A stretch of DNA of 64,000 nucleotides from Eledone cirrhosa (Eukaryota). Location of the stretch: the NCBI GenBank assembly GCA_964016885.1, contig OZ024741.1, positions 309,008,001 through 309,072,000 of the forward strand. Reading direction: 5' to 3'. This document shows, piece by piece, positions 29,091 through 45,176 of the stretch. The notes under the pieces are model-generated. The model was not told the origin of the DNA. It saw nothing but the letters and a program-made list of their open reading frames with translations, and searched no databases. The position numbers and the translations under genes are program-made. Within the stretch, counting starts at the first letter, position 1, and each line of letters begins with the position of its first letter.

Positions 29091-29354
29091 TTCCTTTATT
29101 ATAGACAACATAAAATCCTATTTAATACATAATGCAAACCGGAAACGAAAAGTTTGTCGCCATTTATTTTCGTCTTTTTATTTCGTACTATATGTTTTTG
29201 GTCAGTTCATTTTCCCATTGTTGGGATGGTCCACTGACTTGATTCACTTTCGGAAGACAACCGTGCAATCTTATGAAAGAAACAATGAAAAACAACAACA
29301 ACAAAAACAGAACAAACTAGCATAAATTAAATCAAATAAACCTTATAGATACAG

Positions 29355-29399
<45 letters not shown>

Positions 29400-29519
29400 T
29401 GCATAGACAGATGTATACACAGAGATGCGTACATACACATACATACACATACGTACATACATAGACGGATACATATATATGTACGTATCTATGAATATAT
29501 ATATATATATATATATATA

Positions 29520-29719
<200 letters not shown>

Positions 29720-29858
29720 GGCAACATTGAGGACCGAGTAAGTTAGATCGCAGATATATATATATAAAAGACAGCGAGAAGCGAAAACCAACCAAACAGT
29801 GAGTGTGTTCTGTTATTAATTCTGGCAATATTACGCAAATATGACCCTCCCCAAATAT

Positions 29859-29918
<60 letters not shown>

Positions 29919-30295
29919 ATATATATATATATATGTATGTATATATATATATATATGTATGTATATATATATACACATATATATATACATATATATATAT
30001 ATATAGGTATGAGAAAGACATACATACAAGCATATATACATGAATGCATACATATGAACATACATACATGCATACATACATACATACATAATACAGACAT
30101 ACATATATACATACATACATACATACATATAGATACAATGTATGCATAGGAAGAAATTAATTGAATGAAAGACGAAGATTAATATAACTGGAAGACAAAG
30201 GGAAAATAATGTTGAGGTGGGGAGTAAAGGGAGGACGAAATGTAAGAGTGATAGACCGTATTGAAGAGGACGGAGAAGTAGAAGGAGGAGGAGGT

Positions 30296-30615
<320 letters not shown>

Positions 30616-31042
30616 GGGGAGATGGAGGAGGAGAAGAGCGGGGTGTAAAAGGAGAAAGCATTTATGATGTGAAAGAGTCGAGTTATGGCAATCACCGGAC
30701 AAATATTCTATAGAGTCTTCTTTCAGAAAGCTGTCTAGCACCCACTTCCACTAAACACCTTTCTTCTTTTTCTCCTATCCTTACTCTTCTCCCTACCCTG
30801 TTATGAAATCATCCAATGGAACCAACCATTTCTTCCACGGACAATAACATTTTGACCGCATTCAGTAAAGATTTGGGTGAAAAATGGTGGCCGGTTTGCA
30901 ATAATATTTTTTTTCATTGTTTTGGCGCTTTATCAAAATTATCGTCTGCTCGCTCATTCGTTTCTTTACTCTATATTTTCTTTCTCCGTTTTTTTTTTCT
31001 TCACATAACACAAGTCTTATCTTTGCTTTTGTTTTCTCATTT

Positions 31043-31124
<82 letters not shown>

Positions 31125-31675
31125 TATCTCAATGTCATTTTTGCTCTATCTATCTTTCTCTATCTACCATCTGCTTGTCTCTAATGTTGCTGTTGTTGCG
31201 GGAAAGGTAGTCATAGTTAGCGGCGATGGTCGGGAGTTAGACCAAATGGTTACTCAATCTATTTAAAAAAAAAAAAAAATTAGATCGCACTAGTTGAACA
31301 GAAGCACCGTTGGTTATATCTTTCAAGATGAAGAAATAATTACTTGTTTAATATTGCATATACGACATTTACTACGGCATTGTAGCCCCAGAGACATTAA
31401 GTCGAGTTGTGAAAGTTGGTAGTCTAGACAAGGTCTTGATAGCGGGTTATGAAAAAAGCGTTAAGTGAACGGTGTCTAAAAAGAAGCAAAATATAAAATT
31501 GTCACGTATTGAACGGCTGCCCTTGGTCTAAATTATTTAAACATCATAGTGTTAATTTGAGATACTGTTCTCTTACAGCTCTTTGTTCACAATCTGGTAT
31601 CAAGAGACTGTCTACATTACCCACATCCAGACCTCGACTTTACCTTCTTTTCATAGACAGGCATTCAAATGGAGA

Positions 31676-31862
31676 ATTGTTTCTACTTTTGGCACAAGGC
31701 CAGAAAATTACCCAGTGTATTACTGGTACTTTATTTTATCGACCCCGTAAGGATGAAAGGCAAAGTTAACCTCGGCGAGATTTGAACTCAGTCCGTAAAG
31801 GGACGTAACTGTGCTGCAAAGCATGGCGTCTGACCCTCTACCGATACTGCCTATCCACCACC
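31676..31862 (-). mobile_element. SINE, full length
   Basis: Family body plus tRNA head (ccctctaccgatactgcc). Confidence 0.85.
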
Positions 31863-31904
31863 CTCTAGTAGATAATGGTTTCTAATTTTGAGTGTGAAGA
31901 TAAG

Positions 31905-32290
31905 TGACACAACCGTAAGTCCAAGAAAGTAATTAAACTAGAAAATTGTACAATCTTACAGGACTCTGCATGACATACAGTCAATGATGTGTTAGTGTAC
32001 AATAAGCCAGACCTAACTGTAGTAGACAATAGACAGAAAATTGGATATATAATAGACCCCTTATAAGTTGAGACCATTCCAGAAGTGATAAACGCCTTGG
32101 AAACTGTAAGTATTATCATTGGATAAAGGAAATATAAATTGAGTGCCCTATAGAATTATTACTTCAGAAAGCTTACCTTGTGGGAACAGCGCGAATCATC
32201 AGGGAAGTGATGGACTGCTGATGGAGACAAATTTAGTTATACCCAAGGCCAATAATAATGATAATAGTAATAATAGCTATTATTATTATT
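31905..32290 (+). mobile_element. R4/Dong-like (RLE endonuclease) non-LTR retrotransposon 3' remnant
   Basis: YNKPDLTVVDNRQKIGYIID and LLQKAYLVGTARIIREVM*, then a (TAA)n-like tail. Confidence 0.7.
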
Positions 32291-32299
32291 GTTATTTTT

Positions 32300-32830
32300 A
32301 AGGTCAGAAATTTGATGGAGGTGTGTTCTTTAGAAATTCGAACACGGTACTTGGCCGTTACACGGTTTTATCGACACTAGAAGGCTGAAAAGGAAAGTTG
32401 ACCTCAGTGGGATCTGACGATAGAGCGTAATGAATCCACAAAACCATAAAACAGTTCATGCTGTAATCTAACAATTCTGCTAATCCACCTCCCTTAAAAA
32501 TTTCTTATATATGCACAACAACAGAAATTTCGTTGGATGAATGGATCGTCGGAAAGTCGACCATAACAACTCTAGTACTTGACTGGAACTTTATTTAAAG
32601 GGTTCCAAAAAGATGAAAGTAAATGTCAACACCGGTGAAATTTGAATTAATATCGTAAAAGGACATAACTGAATACTTGTAAGATATTTAGTAAGGTGTT
32701 CTCCTGATTTTGCTATCCAATGATAATTCTTTCTTTGGAATAATAATTGTTTCTACATTTGGCACATTGCTACCACTTTGTATGACGGAGAAAGTCGATT
32801 ATATCGACACCATTACTCAGCTGGTATTTC
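32300..32830 (-). mobile_element. Older SINE copies in tandem
   Basis: Diverged matches to the family body. Confidence 0.6.
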
Positions 32831-32966
32831 ATTAGTTAAGTAATATCTATTTATGTATATTTACCAATGTATCTATCTTCAAACAAGAACAACAATACCG
32901 ACATAAACAATGCACGATAGCAATAGCTACCCGAAGATAGATAAATAGATAAATACATAGATAGAA

Positions 32967-33046
<80 letters not shown>

Positions 33047-33326
33047 ATAGATAGATAGACGGTTACATAGATGTATGTGAGAAACAAAGTGATCGTAATT
33101 TAGTGGATATGTTTCATAATGATTAAAAAAATATTGAAGAAAATTTCTTTTATACATTTATATAAATCTAAAATGAAATACGGGGATGGCTGGAAAGATA
33201 AGACGTGGTTCAAGGCTAAGCGAATATTCAAGCATATATAGAATGGAAATAATTAAAAAATTGTTAAAATAAATATTTTTTCTATAAATCCCCTCAGTTT
33301 TGACGGGTACTATTTTAGGTATTTAT

Positions 33327-33436
33327 AATTGTTTCTACTTTTGGCACAAGGCCAGCAATTACCCAGTGCATTACTGGTACTTTATTTTATCGACCCCGTA
33401 AGGATGAAAGGCAAAGTGAACCTCAGCAGGATTTGA
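33327..33436 (-). mobile_element. SINE truncated by a PLE-like 3' end
   Basis: Family body ends at ggatttga. Confidence 0.8.
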
Positions 33437-33507
33437 GCTGATCAGTAGCGAAACGCGCATCACCAACCAATAAACGTAATGAAGGAGTAACCATTCGTCC
33501 TTGTGTT

Positions 33508-33624
<117 letters not shown>

Positions 33625-33700
33625 CCTATATATATATTAGGTATAGGTAAGCACACGGAATAAATTACCTTTTTATGATGTCTACCTGTTATTATTCATT

Positions 33701-33766
<66 letters not shown>

Positions 33767-33974
33767 TTATAGTATTATGCTACCTATTGCGTTTCCAGCT
33801 CATGGTTTTGCTATTATATCAATGTTTGCGATGTTGATGTTGATGCTGATGATGATGATAATATGGACGACGATGAGGAGGAGGAGGAGAAGGTGAGGGG
33901 GGGGGGGCTGATGACAACGGTCTTTATTATTGTTATTATTATCATTATTATTATGATGACAATAATGGTAATGG

Positions 33975-34007
<33 letters not shown>

Positions 34008-34284
34008 CACTGGTAATGGTGATAAGGTTAATGATGATAATGGTGATGATGATGGGGATGATGATCATAATGGTGATGATGATGATAATGATGTTAATGA
34101 TGATGAGGATGATAATGATGGTTACGTGGTTTTCATTGTGATTATGTCAAAGACGGAAATATCTGAGCAGCTCAGACCATTAGTGGATAAAGTAACTGAC
34201 GCATTGGTCATTACGAAGACATCAATACACACACACGCACACACACTAAAACACACGCACACACACACGCACACACACGCGCGC

Positions 34285-34860
34285 ATGCATGCCTACATAT
34301 AGACATATACATACATACATAGATACATGCATGCATACATACATGATATGATACACACATACATATACATAATGCATACAAACATACACACACACACGCA
34401 AGCATGCCTACATATAGACATGTACATACATACATAGATACATGCATGCATACATACATGATATGATACACACATACATATACATAATGCATACAAACAT
34501 ACACACACACGCAAGCATGCCTACATATAGACATGTACATACATACATAGATACATGCATGCATACATACATGATATGATACACACATACATATACATAA
34601 TGCATACAAATATACACACACACACGCAAGCATGCCTACATATAGACATATACATACATACATAGATACATGCATGCATACATACATGATATGATACACA
34701 CATACATATACATAATGCATACAAACATACACACACACGCAAGCATGCCTACATATAGACATGTACATACATACATAGATACATGCATGCATACATACAT
34801 ACATACATGATATGATACATACATATACATACATAATGCATACAAACATACACACACAAA
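34285..34860. repeat. ~114-bp tandem repeat x5 built from degenerate microsatellite
   Basis: gcatgcctacatatagaca recurs at ~34287, 34402, 34515, 34630 and 34743. Confidence 0.9.
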
Positions 34861-35035
34861 CACACAGAGAAACATTCACATTCATACAGAGATACATACA
34901 CACATAGATATACAATAGGTGCCAGCGGTGGAACTAGCAACGTAAATAATTTATTGACCGACGGTCAAACAAATAGAAATAAACGCCGATTACTACATTA
35001 CGACCATTAATATTACTTCGGGTGTTTATTTGAGA

Positions 35036-35074
<39 letters not shown>

Positions 35075-35628
35075 TGTGTATAAGTATATATGTATATGTA
35101 TATATATATATATGTATAAATATAAATATATGTATAAATATATATATATGTATAAATATATATATATATGTATAAATATATATACATTTATATATATATA
35201 TATATATATATTTATATGCATAGGTATATATATATATATATATATATTCTTGTATGCATCTCTGTATAAATAAATGAATGCATATTTACAAATACACGTT
35301 TATATATATATAGTGACAATGAGAATAAATATATATACACACACAGATATATATATATACACACACACACGTTTTTATTAATGCCTATGGTATATTATGT
35401 ATATATTTGGTAATGATGGGCAAAGGCATTGAGTTTTTAGTAGATGAGACCAATTCTTAAATATAAATATAAATATTGTGCAAAATAGAAAAGACTACGA
35501 TGATTTCTTTTGTGTCTTTTATGAAAACATCCTCTATTCCAGTTGAATTCACTTAGCACCAATTGTCATTTTAATCAGCACTAGACCACAAGTGTCCATC
35601 CTCTCCTCCCATGCCCAATGTGCACAGA

Positions 35629-35668
<40 letters not shown>

Positions 35669-35752
35669 GGGAGCGATATAGAAAGAGTGGGAGGAAGAGA
35701 AAGAGAGACACATTCACATACATATACATATATATATATATATATATATATG

Positions 35753-35800
<48 letters not shown>

Positions 35801-35853
35801 CACACATATATATATATATATATATATATGTGAATATGTATATATATATGTGA

Positions 35854-35930
<77 letters not shown>

Positions 35931-36379
35931 TACATACATACACACACATATATATGTATACACACACACATATATAGATATTTATTGATATTGTCATTAA
36001 TACTATTAACTCTATATTAGCTAGTTAGTCTTCGTCAAGTAATAGTGTATTTCACGAATAAAGGAGAAAAACAACAGCATAGTTAGTCTTTGTTTGTGTT
36101 TTGGCTTGCTTGTTTGTTTCTATGATATAAGTTAATATAAATGTTTTTATAATGTAATATAAAATTCTGTGACCATTCAATGAGGTCATGTGATGATGTG
36201 TACGTAAAACAAATCACCTCAAATAAAATAACCGTATAAACAACAGAAGACATAAAACATTGGTGTAATTTAGTTTTCAACAAAGTACTTTTATGAACAG
36301 AAACATTTACAATTTACATTACGGCAGGTTTTTCTGAAAAGTAAAAGCCGATCTTTTACGCCGAACCAAACCCATTGAC

Positions 36380-36458
<79 letters not shown>

Positions 36459-36477
36459 GTATATATATATATACACG

Positions 36478-36513
<36 letters not shown>

Positions 36514-36943
36514 GATACATATATAGTGATACATACATATATGCACATACATGTACAGATATATTTATAAATAGTGACATAAAGTAAAACAGCTATTGGA
36601 TCCAGACCATTTACGAGTCAATAAGGTCACCGGAGACCAAATTTGGTAGATGCTTATGGACTGACATTAAATACTAATATTAAATATAGCTAATTATCGT
36701 TTGACTAAATGAAATTAATTTTTTGCCTGCATTTATTTAGCTTCATGCCAGTGAAATGCAAGAGCGGGTGAAAATAGCAAAATATAAATAAAATGTCTTG
36801 TGTGCTGTTGTTGATATTACGCATGCGCAAAATAATTTCTTTATTCCTTCATTATCTCTCTCTTTTCTCTACAGAGATAAACCACCTTTCTCCCTATATA
36901 CATCAATATATCTATGTATGCATATGTATATAAATATCTGAAT

Positions 36944-37014
<71 letters not shown>

Positions 37015-37071
37015 CATACATTCATGCATACACACACACACACACACACAACCACACACACACACACACAT

Positions 37072-37115
<44 letters not shown>

Positions 37116-37279
37116 CTATATATAAATACATTTACATATATATATAAATACATTTACATATATATATAAATACATTTACATATATATATAAATACATTTA
37201 CTTATATATATATATAAATACATTTACATATATACGCATATTTATATATAGTGGGAAGTAGGCATTGTTCTATTTATTT

Positions 37280-37495
37280 CTATGGATTCATGAAATCGGT
37301 AAATGGTCGAAGAAAACCTCTTTCTGTATTCAGTTACATAATTTGTTCTGTGTTCTAATTCTGCCAAAATCGACTTTAACATTCTTGTTTTCAGGGCCGT
37401 TGAAATAAAATACCAGTCAAATATCAGGGATCTTTTAATCCGATTATAACACTTCCCACAAAAATCTGTGGCCTAGATGCATGTTAGAAATCTAT
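37280..37495 (+). mobile_element. Old SINE
   Basis: ttctgccaaaatcgactttaac..gaaataaaataccagtc..tgtggcct..ttagaaa. Confidence 0.6.
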
Positions 37496-37604
37496 TTCTG
37501 ATTGCATGCCAGCCTGTCTGTCTGTATGTATGTATGTATGTATGTATGTATGTATGTATGTATGTATGTATGTATGTATGTATGTATGTATGTATGTATG
37601 TATG

Positions 37605-38240
37605 TCAGGTCACCAGTTGGTGCTACTGGTAACATGTATCCCAGTACAACCTGTCTCATGGTCGGGTCGTTGGCGACTAAACTGGCAACCCCACCAAGGT
37701 TTCTTGGTGAGGAGGGTGACTTTGGACATCCTGCAGGACTAAAAACAAAACATGTCAAAGGGCAAAGGAGCTCTTAAGAGTCAATGGCCATCCAAAATCA
37801 CCGGGAGAGATGACCCCTTTAGCCTTAGTCAAGGCAGAATTCTAGGAGAAGGAAAACTCTGATATAACACCTGCAACCCTGATGGTATCCAATGATGTTG
37901 ACTTGTTCTTCTTTTTGGTAAATAGCATCTTGGTTAAGAGAGTGGGACTGGCTTTGTGCAGTGCCTTTGCTCACTATAAAAGCTTCACGGCACAGGCATT
38001 GCTTTATATCTGGAGATCTCTCTGCACTTGTCCTCACATGGGCCCAGCACTATGTGTCAATAATTGTCCTACCATGGGCCTAGCACTATGTGTCAATAAT
38101 TGTCACAGGTGTAGTGTTTGTACCAGAGGTTTCAAGTCGCTGGCTGGACTAAAAAGTCACACTCGTTCAGCGCTTCGGTAGGGGTTATCCTACATGGATG
38201 TAAAGTAGTGGCCGTACTCGAAAACGAGTTGGCAGCCACC
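37605..38240 (+). mobile_element. RTE-derived non-autonomous element, copy 1
   Basis: ~620 bp, (TATG)n on both sides, ggagaaggaaaactctga 5'UTR motif, 3' CSVCTRGFKSLAGLKSH C2H2 remnant. Confidence 0.75.
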
Positions 38241-38550
38241 ATGTATGTATGTATGTATGTATGTACGTATGTATTTATGTATGTATGTATGTATGTATGT
38301 CTGTCTGTCTGTCTATCTGTATGTATGTATGTATGTCTGTCTGTCTGTCTGTAAGTATGTATGCATGTATGTATGTATGTATGTATGTATGTATGTATGT
38401 ATGTATGTATGTATTTATGTCTGCCTGTATGTATGTATGTATGTATGTATGTCTGTCTGTCTGTCTGTATGTATGTATGTATGTATGTATGTATGTATGT
38501 ATGTATGTATGTATGTATGTATGTATGTATGTATGTAGGTATGTATGTAA

Positions 38551-39019
38551 GATGTATGCTATTGCTGATCATAGGCAAGTTCCTAGCAGGACTAAAAAAC
38601 CACATACATGATGCTCATAGTTAAGTAACAAGCGAAGACATTATTCGAAATACATGAATGTATGTATTTTTTTTTCTTGGGCGAGAGACTCCTAGTCTGC
38701 ATTAAGACATCTCTCTCGAAGAAGGTCTCTCTGATATAAAATCTGCGGCTTTGTTTGCAACCAATGATATAGACCAGTTCTTCATTTTGGGCAAATAGCA
38801 TTCCACGCTCAGAGATTGAGATTGGCCATATGCAAAGCCTTTCTTCATTTAAAAATGCTTCAAGTACATGCATCGCTTGATATGTGACATTTATTGCGAT
38901 GTATGACATTGCTTGACCATAAGTAAGTCCCCAGCAGGAATACAAAGCCACGTCCGGAATGCTCATGCTTAAATATCAAGCGATGGCATTACTCGAAATC
39001 GAGTTGCAGCCATCATCAT
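38551..39019 (+). mobile_element. Older diverged relative of the same RTE-derived family
   Basis: Shares gcaggactaaaaa, ctctgatataa, ccaatgat..gttcttc and actcgaaa.cgagttg blocks. Confidence 0.6.
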
Positions 39020-39231
39020 GTGTATATGTATGTATGCATGTATGTATGTATGTATGTATGTATGTATGTATGTATGTATGTATGTATGTATGTATGTATG
39101 TATGTATGTATGTATGTATGTATGAATGTATGTATGTATGTATGTATTTATGTTTTATGTATGCATGTATGTATGTATGTATGTATGTATGTATGTATGT
39201 ATGTATGTATGCATGTATGTATGTATGAATG

Positions 39232-39835
39232 TCAGGTCACCACTTGGTGCTACTGGTAACATGTATCCCAGTACAACCTGTCTCATGGTCGGGTCGTTGG
39301 CGACTAAACTGGCAACCCCACCAAGGTTTCTTGGTGAGGAGGGTGACTTTGGACATCCTGCAGGACTAAAAACAAAACCTGTCAAAGGGCAAAGGAGCTC
39401 TTAAGAGTCAATGGCCATCCAAAATCACCGGGAGAGATGACCCCTTAGCCTTTGTCAAGGCAGAATTCTAAGAGAAGGAAAACTCTGATATAACACCTGC
39501 AACCCTGATGGTATCCAATGATGTTGACTTGTTCTTCTTTTTGGTAAATATCATCTTGGTTAAGAGAGTGGGACTGGCTTTGTGCAGTGCCTTTGCTCAC
39601 TATAAAAGCATCACGGCACAGGCATTGCTTTATATCTGGAGATCTCTCTGCACTTGTCGTCACATGGTACCATGGGCCCAGCACTGTGCCAATAATTGTC
39701 ACAAGTGTAGTGTTTGTACCAGAGTTTCAAGTCGCTGGCTGGACTAAAAAGTCACACTCGTTCAGCGCATCGGTATGGGTTCTCCTACATGGATATAAAG
39801 TAGTGGCCGTACTCGAAAACGAGTTGGCAGCCACC
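39232..39835 (+). mobile_element. RTE-derived non-autonomous element, copy 2
   Basis: Near-identical to 37605-38240, (TATG)n flanks. Confidence 0.75.
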
Positions 39836-40149
39836 ATGTATGAATGTATGTATGTATGTTTTATGTATGCATATGTGTATGTATGTATAAAGTCAAATAT
39901 CAATGAATAAAACTAAGAAGACATTGATCGATCAACTTTGAAGAAAACAGTTTTTAATGGAAAATAACAATTTGAAAAATCTCGTGTGGAGGATGAACAA
40001 TTATAGAGGGATCTGTATGTGGCTATCCAGATACCCAAAATGACTATGTACAACGTGAGTGGCAGGATTTGCCTCAGTAACGTTGGTGTGAGAAGTCACC
40101 GTATGAGCCATTCACAATTGGCAGTCGATCGACTTTCGTCAAATCGGAC

Positions 40150-40330
40150 CGAGGAAACAATGTTTCCATTGACCTTTCCAGTTGCTAATACTATCTATCG
40201 GTCGCAATTACAGGTAGAAGGAGCAACATGAAATAAAGAGTCTTCCCCAAGGACATAACGCATCGCCAGGTTCGGGAAATCGAACTCACAACCTCACGAT
40301 TGCGAATCCAATTCTTTAACCACTCAGCCA
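40150..40330 (-). mobile_element. Second tRNA-derived SINE family (CORE/V-SINE-like)
   Basis: Minus strand tggctgagtggttaaag..gagttcgattt..tgtccttggggaagac; older relatives at ~7290-7555 and ~43975-44150. Confidence 0.65.
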
Positions 40331-40465
40331 TTAACGTGTATTTGGGCACAGAAGTGACTAGAAGAAGGAAATAAAGAAAGGCTATGTACAAGACAAGTTT
40401 ACACACCACATCTCCACCATCAAATCTTTCTGCTGGTATGATGTGTGTGTGATAAAACAAAGATG

Positions 40466-40513
<48 letters not shown>

Positions 40514-40693
40514 CATCTTTGTTTTATCACACACACATCATACCAGCAGAAAGATTTGATGGTGGAGATGTGGTGTGTAGACTTATCTTGTACATAGCTT
40601 TTCTTTATTTCCTTCTTCTAGTCACTTCTGTGCCCAAATACACGTTAATGGGTGTATTATATTTATTTTACTTCGATATTATTTATATATATG

Positions 40694-40773
<80 letters not shown>

Positions 40774-40841
40774 CATATGTACATACATATGTATGTATGT
40801 ACATATGTATAAATAATATCGATGTAAAATAAATATAATAC
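40328..40841. repeat. Two adjacent inverted repeats with microsatellite spacers
   Basis: 40328-40469 / 40510-40651 near perfect; 40652-40700 / ~40795-40841. Confidence 0.85.
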
Positions 40842-41096
40842 AGAGCCAGAATACTTTATAAATAACAATCAAAGAGTGTTTAATAACATTTAATTAAAAA
40901 CGATCGTTTCATCCAAGCACAAGGCCGATACCATCGGAGTATAAATCACAGACAACTTTGTTAAAGAACATTCCTGGGATACCATATATCGGAAGAAAGC
41001 TAAAATAATAGATGTTAAAATGCATTTAAAAGAGGAAGGCAAGAAGCACATGAAAAGGCAAGAAGCATATGAAAAATTATATAAATATGATTAAGA

Positions 41097-41176
<80 letters not shown>

Positions 41177-41465
41177 AGTGTATTTCTTATTTTATCTCTC
41201 ATTCTATCTTTAGATAAATGACTAAGGCCCAAACCATGGCTAAAACCCTTTTCCTTCTATATTATGAGTTAAACTAATATATATTTTCATTGTATCGTAT
41301 CGTTCACCTGTGTTGTTTTTCGTTTACTTTTCAACCACACAGACACATACACACATATATATATATATTTATGGGTGTTTTTGTATGTATATATAAATAT
41401 ACAACATATATACACACGCGCGCACACACACACACACAAACATATATATATATATGTATATGTGT

Positions 41466-41518
<53 letters not shown>

Positions 41519-41527
41519 TATACATGT

Positions 41528-41716
41528 TTATCCCGGGTTGAATCAGGGGTGACCACAGTAAGTAAGTTACTCAATACATAGCAGAGTATAGATATTTAAT
41601 ATAGACGTGGCTTCTACAGGACTAGAACTGTTTCATTCGGGAGAAATCATCAGGAAGCCTGATTTCTACCGAATGAAACAGTTCTAGTCCTGTAGATGCT
41701 ATTTCTATATTAAATA
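41528..41716 (-). mobile_element. Family B asymmetric fold-back HHR element
   Basis: Arms ~41595-41650 / 41660-41716 plus a ~65-nt unpaired tail at 41528-41594, in a TA-rich tract. Confidence 0.8.
41609..41659 (-). ncRNA. Type I hammerhead ribozyme, family B
   Basis: Reverse complement: ggcttc-CTGATGA-t-ttc tccc gaa-t-GAAA-cag ttctagtc ctg-TA-gaagcc. 6-bp stem I, 3-bp stem II, 4-bp stem III, GUA triplet. Confidence 0.88.
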
Positions 41717-41721
41717 AATAA

Positions 41722-41803
<82 letters not shown>

Positions 41804-41889
41804 GTATATATAAATATATGTATATATATATATATATATACATATATTTATATATACACATATTATATGTCTATATATATATATATGTC

Positions 41890-41968
<79 letters not shown>

Positions 41969-41998
41969 CTTATTGGCAACATGACCCTCCCAAAGTAT

Positions 41999-42101
<103 letters not shown>

Positions 42102-42331
42102 AACACATATATATGTAAATGTACATATGTGCGTGGTGTGTTAGTATGGTGCATGCACTTGGTATTCTAATCGTTCACACAGAGAGATGCTTTGGTTACA
42201 CGCAAACCAAAAGCACCATATTGTGTTTCGAGTTTGTTTTTAATATTCTCAGTTTGATAATAGCTGGATGGTCTGGTGTGTTTCTGATGGAAGTCATCTC
42301 TCCACAGGTTACCTCATTAATATATAATATA

Positions 42332-42409
<78 letters not shown>

Positions 42410-42554
42410 CATGTGTGTATATATATATGTATGTATATATATGCATATTTATTCATTTGTATATATACATTATATACACATATACATATGCATAAATATT
42501 TTCATATTTATACACACACACACACACCCACCCACACACAAACAAAAAAAAACA

Positions 42555-42589
<35 letters not shown>

Positions 42590-42715
42590 CACTCAATATA
42601 ATTGTGTGTAGAACTCAGACTACGTGATTTTATATATTTTTCCTGCCTATGTATTAAATGCAATTGCAACGAAATAGTTTTCCTGTATATAATCCCACCC
42701 CCTCCTCATCATACT

Positions 42716-43070
42716 TGTTTCTACTTTTGGCACAAGGCCAGCAATTAACCAGTACATTACTGGTACTTTATTTGATCGACCTCGTAAGGATGAAAGGCAA
42801 AGTTAACCTCGGCGGGATTTGAACTCAGAATGGCAAGGGCCGTAACTCTATGCGTCAAAGCATGGCGTCCGACCCTCTACCGATACTGCCAATCCCCTCC
42901 TCATCATAATGATAATCATAATTATCTATCGTCGTCGTCTTCGTCTCCTCCTTTTTTATTTTGCCCTTCATTGTTATGGGGTCGATAAAAGAAAGTACCA
43001 GTAATGCGCTAAGGTCGATTGAATCGACGTTCCCCTCACTAAAAATTCTTGGCTTTGTCGTGGGGTAGAA
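42716..43070. mobile_element. Full SINE (minus) plus partial SINE (plus)
   Basis: 42716-42900 minus; ~42960-43070 plus. Confidence 0.8.
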
Positions 43071-43109
43071 TTCTCAAGCACACATTCGTTTGGCACCAGT
43101 GACAGAACA

Positions 43110-43435
43110 GAATTTCGTTCTCCCAATCGGCCTTGCAATATTTGAGCTCTTTAATTGCTCTTTTCACCTCAATCTCTGAGAGGTTAATCATCACTACCAG
43201 ATGCATCTTGTGTACGTTAGAAGATGTTGTTGTGACCGGGTTTAGGAGATTAGCAAAGTATTCGCTCCACCTGGCCAGAATGCACCTCTCTGAAAAGAGA
43301 ACTTCTGACGCGTTCCTTGTAGCAAACATAGATGAGGACTTTTAATTGCGAAGCCGGCGGATGGTCTGCCAGAACACTTTATTTAGAGATCTGAAATCGG
43401 ATTCCAGCTTAACCCCACAGTCCTCCCATATTGTC
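43110..43435 (-). mobile_element. RTE LINE ORF2 internal fragment
   Basis: KVFWQTIRRLR...ILARWSEYFANLLNP...EVKRAIKELK, typical of the EN-RT linker. Confidence 0.8.
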
Positions 43436-44427
43436 CTCCAATGTTTCATCTCCCCTAGTAAGTCCAGAGTTGCTTATTCGCCCGGAGGGAGCCCGCTTAT
43501 ATCGTAATTAACAATCATGTCTGGTGGCTGTATTGCTATCCATCACCTGCAACTTGTTTTCTAGCAGAACAGTTTTGCTGAGAAGGTATTATATTGTCTG
43601 AGAGAAAAAGACGGTTGGTAATTTTAGCAGGTCAAACAACGTATAGACTATGTAGTTGAACATTCAGTATCCTGTGTTTTGTAATATGGTTGAGTATATC
43701 AATGTTTTCGTTTGAAAGAAAAATGAAAGAACATAACAGTTGATATAACTATTTAAAACTTGATATTCGTATCTAAAAATATCTGTTAGAGAGAAATAAA
43801 TATGCTTGCTTCTACATTCAGGGGATGATGGTTTAATCAAGTACGAAAATATGCTTCTTTATATATACAGAGAACTGGATTTGTCTCCCGTTTAAACTTA
43901 TGCTTGTTACACATTCAAGTAATAGAGTTCTTATTTTGCCGTCCGTTTTCCCCCAAGAATGCACGAATTGGGCGAAGCTTAAAGCTTATCTCGGTTTCAA
44001 GTAGTGATGAGCGACTGGGAATATAACATCCCATCAACTCTTGACGGAAGCCAGTCCGTCACATGTCTAGATCCCCAGCTGCTTCATGCCACCCATGCTG
44101 GAAATTGAACAAACGAACATATGATCATGAGACTAACACCCTAAACAATACAGCACTTGATACAGTACAATGAAGATATATATTAGTTTAACGATTTATA
44201 TAGTAAGAACAGACTGTTAACGTTTCGGATGATATCAGAAGATAGAATGAGAAATAAAAGCAGAAATATATACAACCGACGTCGCACAGTTTATATTTGA
44301 GAAATTTCACACCAAGACGAGAAATTTAAGTCAATGCGGGGTGGATGTAAAACGAACCCCTTAAGCACACGGACTTATCTGTCCCTGTATTTGCACGCAC
44401 ACGCACACACACACACACACACACGGA

Positions 44428-44512
<85 letters not shown>

Positions 44513-44869
44513 ACACACACACGCACACACACACATATGCATACGTATTAACACACAGACACATTCGTTGCTAAAAATATTTATTCGGAATCTTTAACTA
44601 ATGAAAACCATTGTTGTACATATATTGTAAAGAAAGAATATATATGATAAAAAAAATGTGTGCAGAGTATTTGTGTTGTTCTTTTGTGGTTTAAATGTCA
44701 TTTCCAAGTGTATATATCTTTTGTATTGTATATGTATTTGACTTTAAGTGAATTCACGTTTTTTTTTTATTTTAAAACTCCATTGAAAATGACTTCAAGA
44801 TTTTTCCGATTAACTTCCGTTATAGACGTCTTTCATTATAAAGTTAATGCAATTTGCTATACATACATA

Positions 44870-44961
<92 letters not shown>

Positions 44962-45037
44962 GTATATATATACACATATATATATATATATACACGTATA
45001 TATATATATATATATATATACGTATATATATATATAC

Positions 45038-45103
<66 letters not shown>

Positions 45104-45131
45104 TTATATATAGATATATGTATATATATTG

Positions 45132-45173
<42 letters not shown>

Positions 45174-45176
<3 letters not shown>

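Noticed and set aside
36335-36372. ctgaaaa-gtaaaag ccgat cttttac-gccgaac hairpin beside (TA)n
   Set aside because: Too many core deviations to call a hammerhead.
37640-37690. Possible HDV-like ribozyme at the 5' end of the RTE-derived family (ccagt...gtcg ttgg cga C taa actgg)
   Set aside because: P2, P4 and J4/2-like parts are present, but no valid P1 or P3/L3 could be built by eye.
37882-38181. 99-aa ORF ending in a C2H2-like motif
   Set aside because: It lies inside a multi-copy retro-derived repeat and the frame is not conserved among the three copies.
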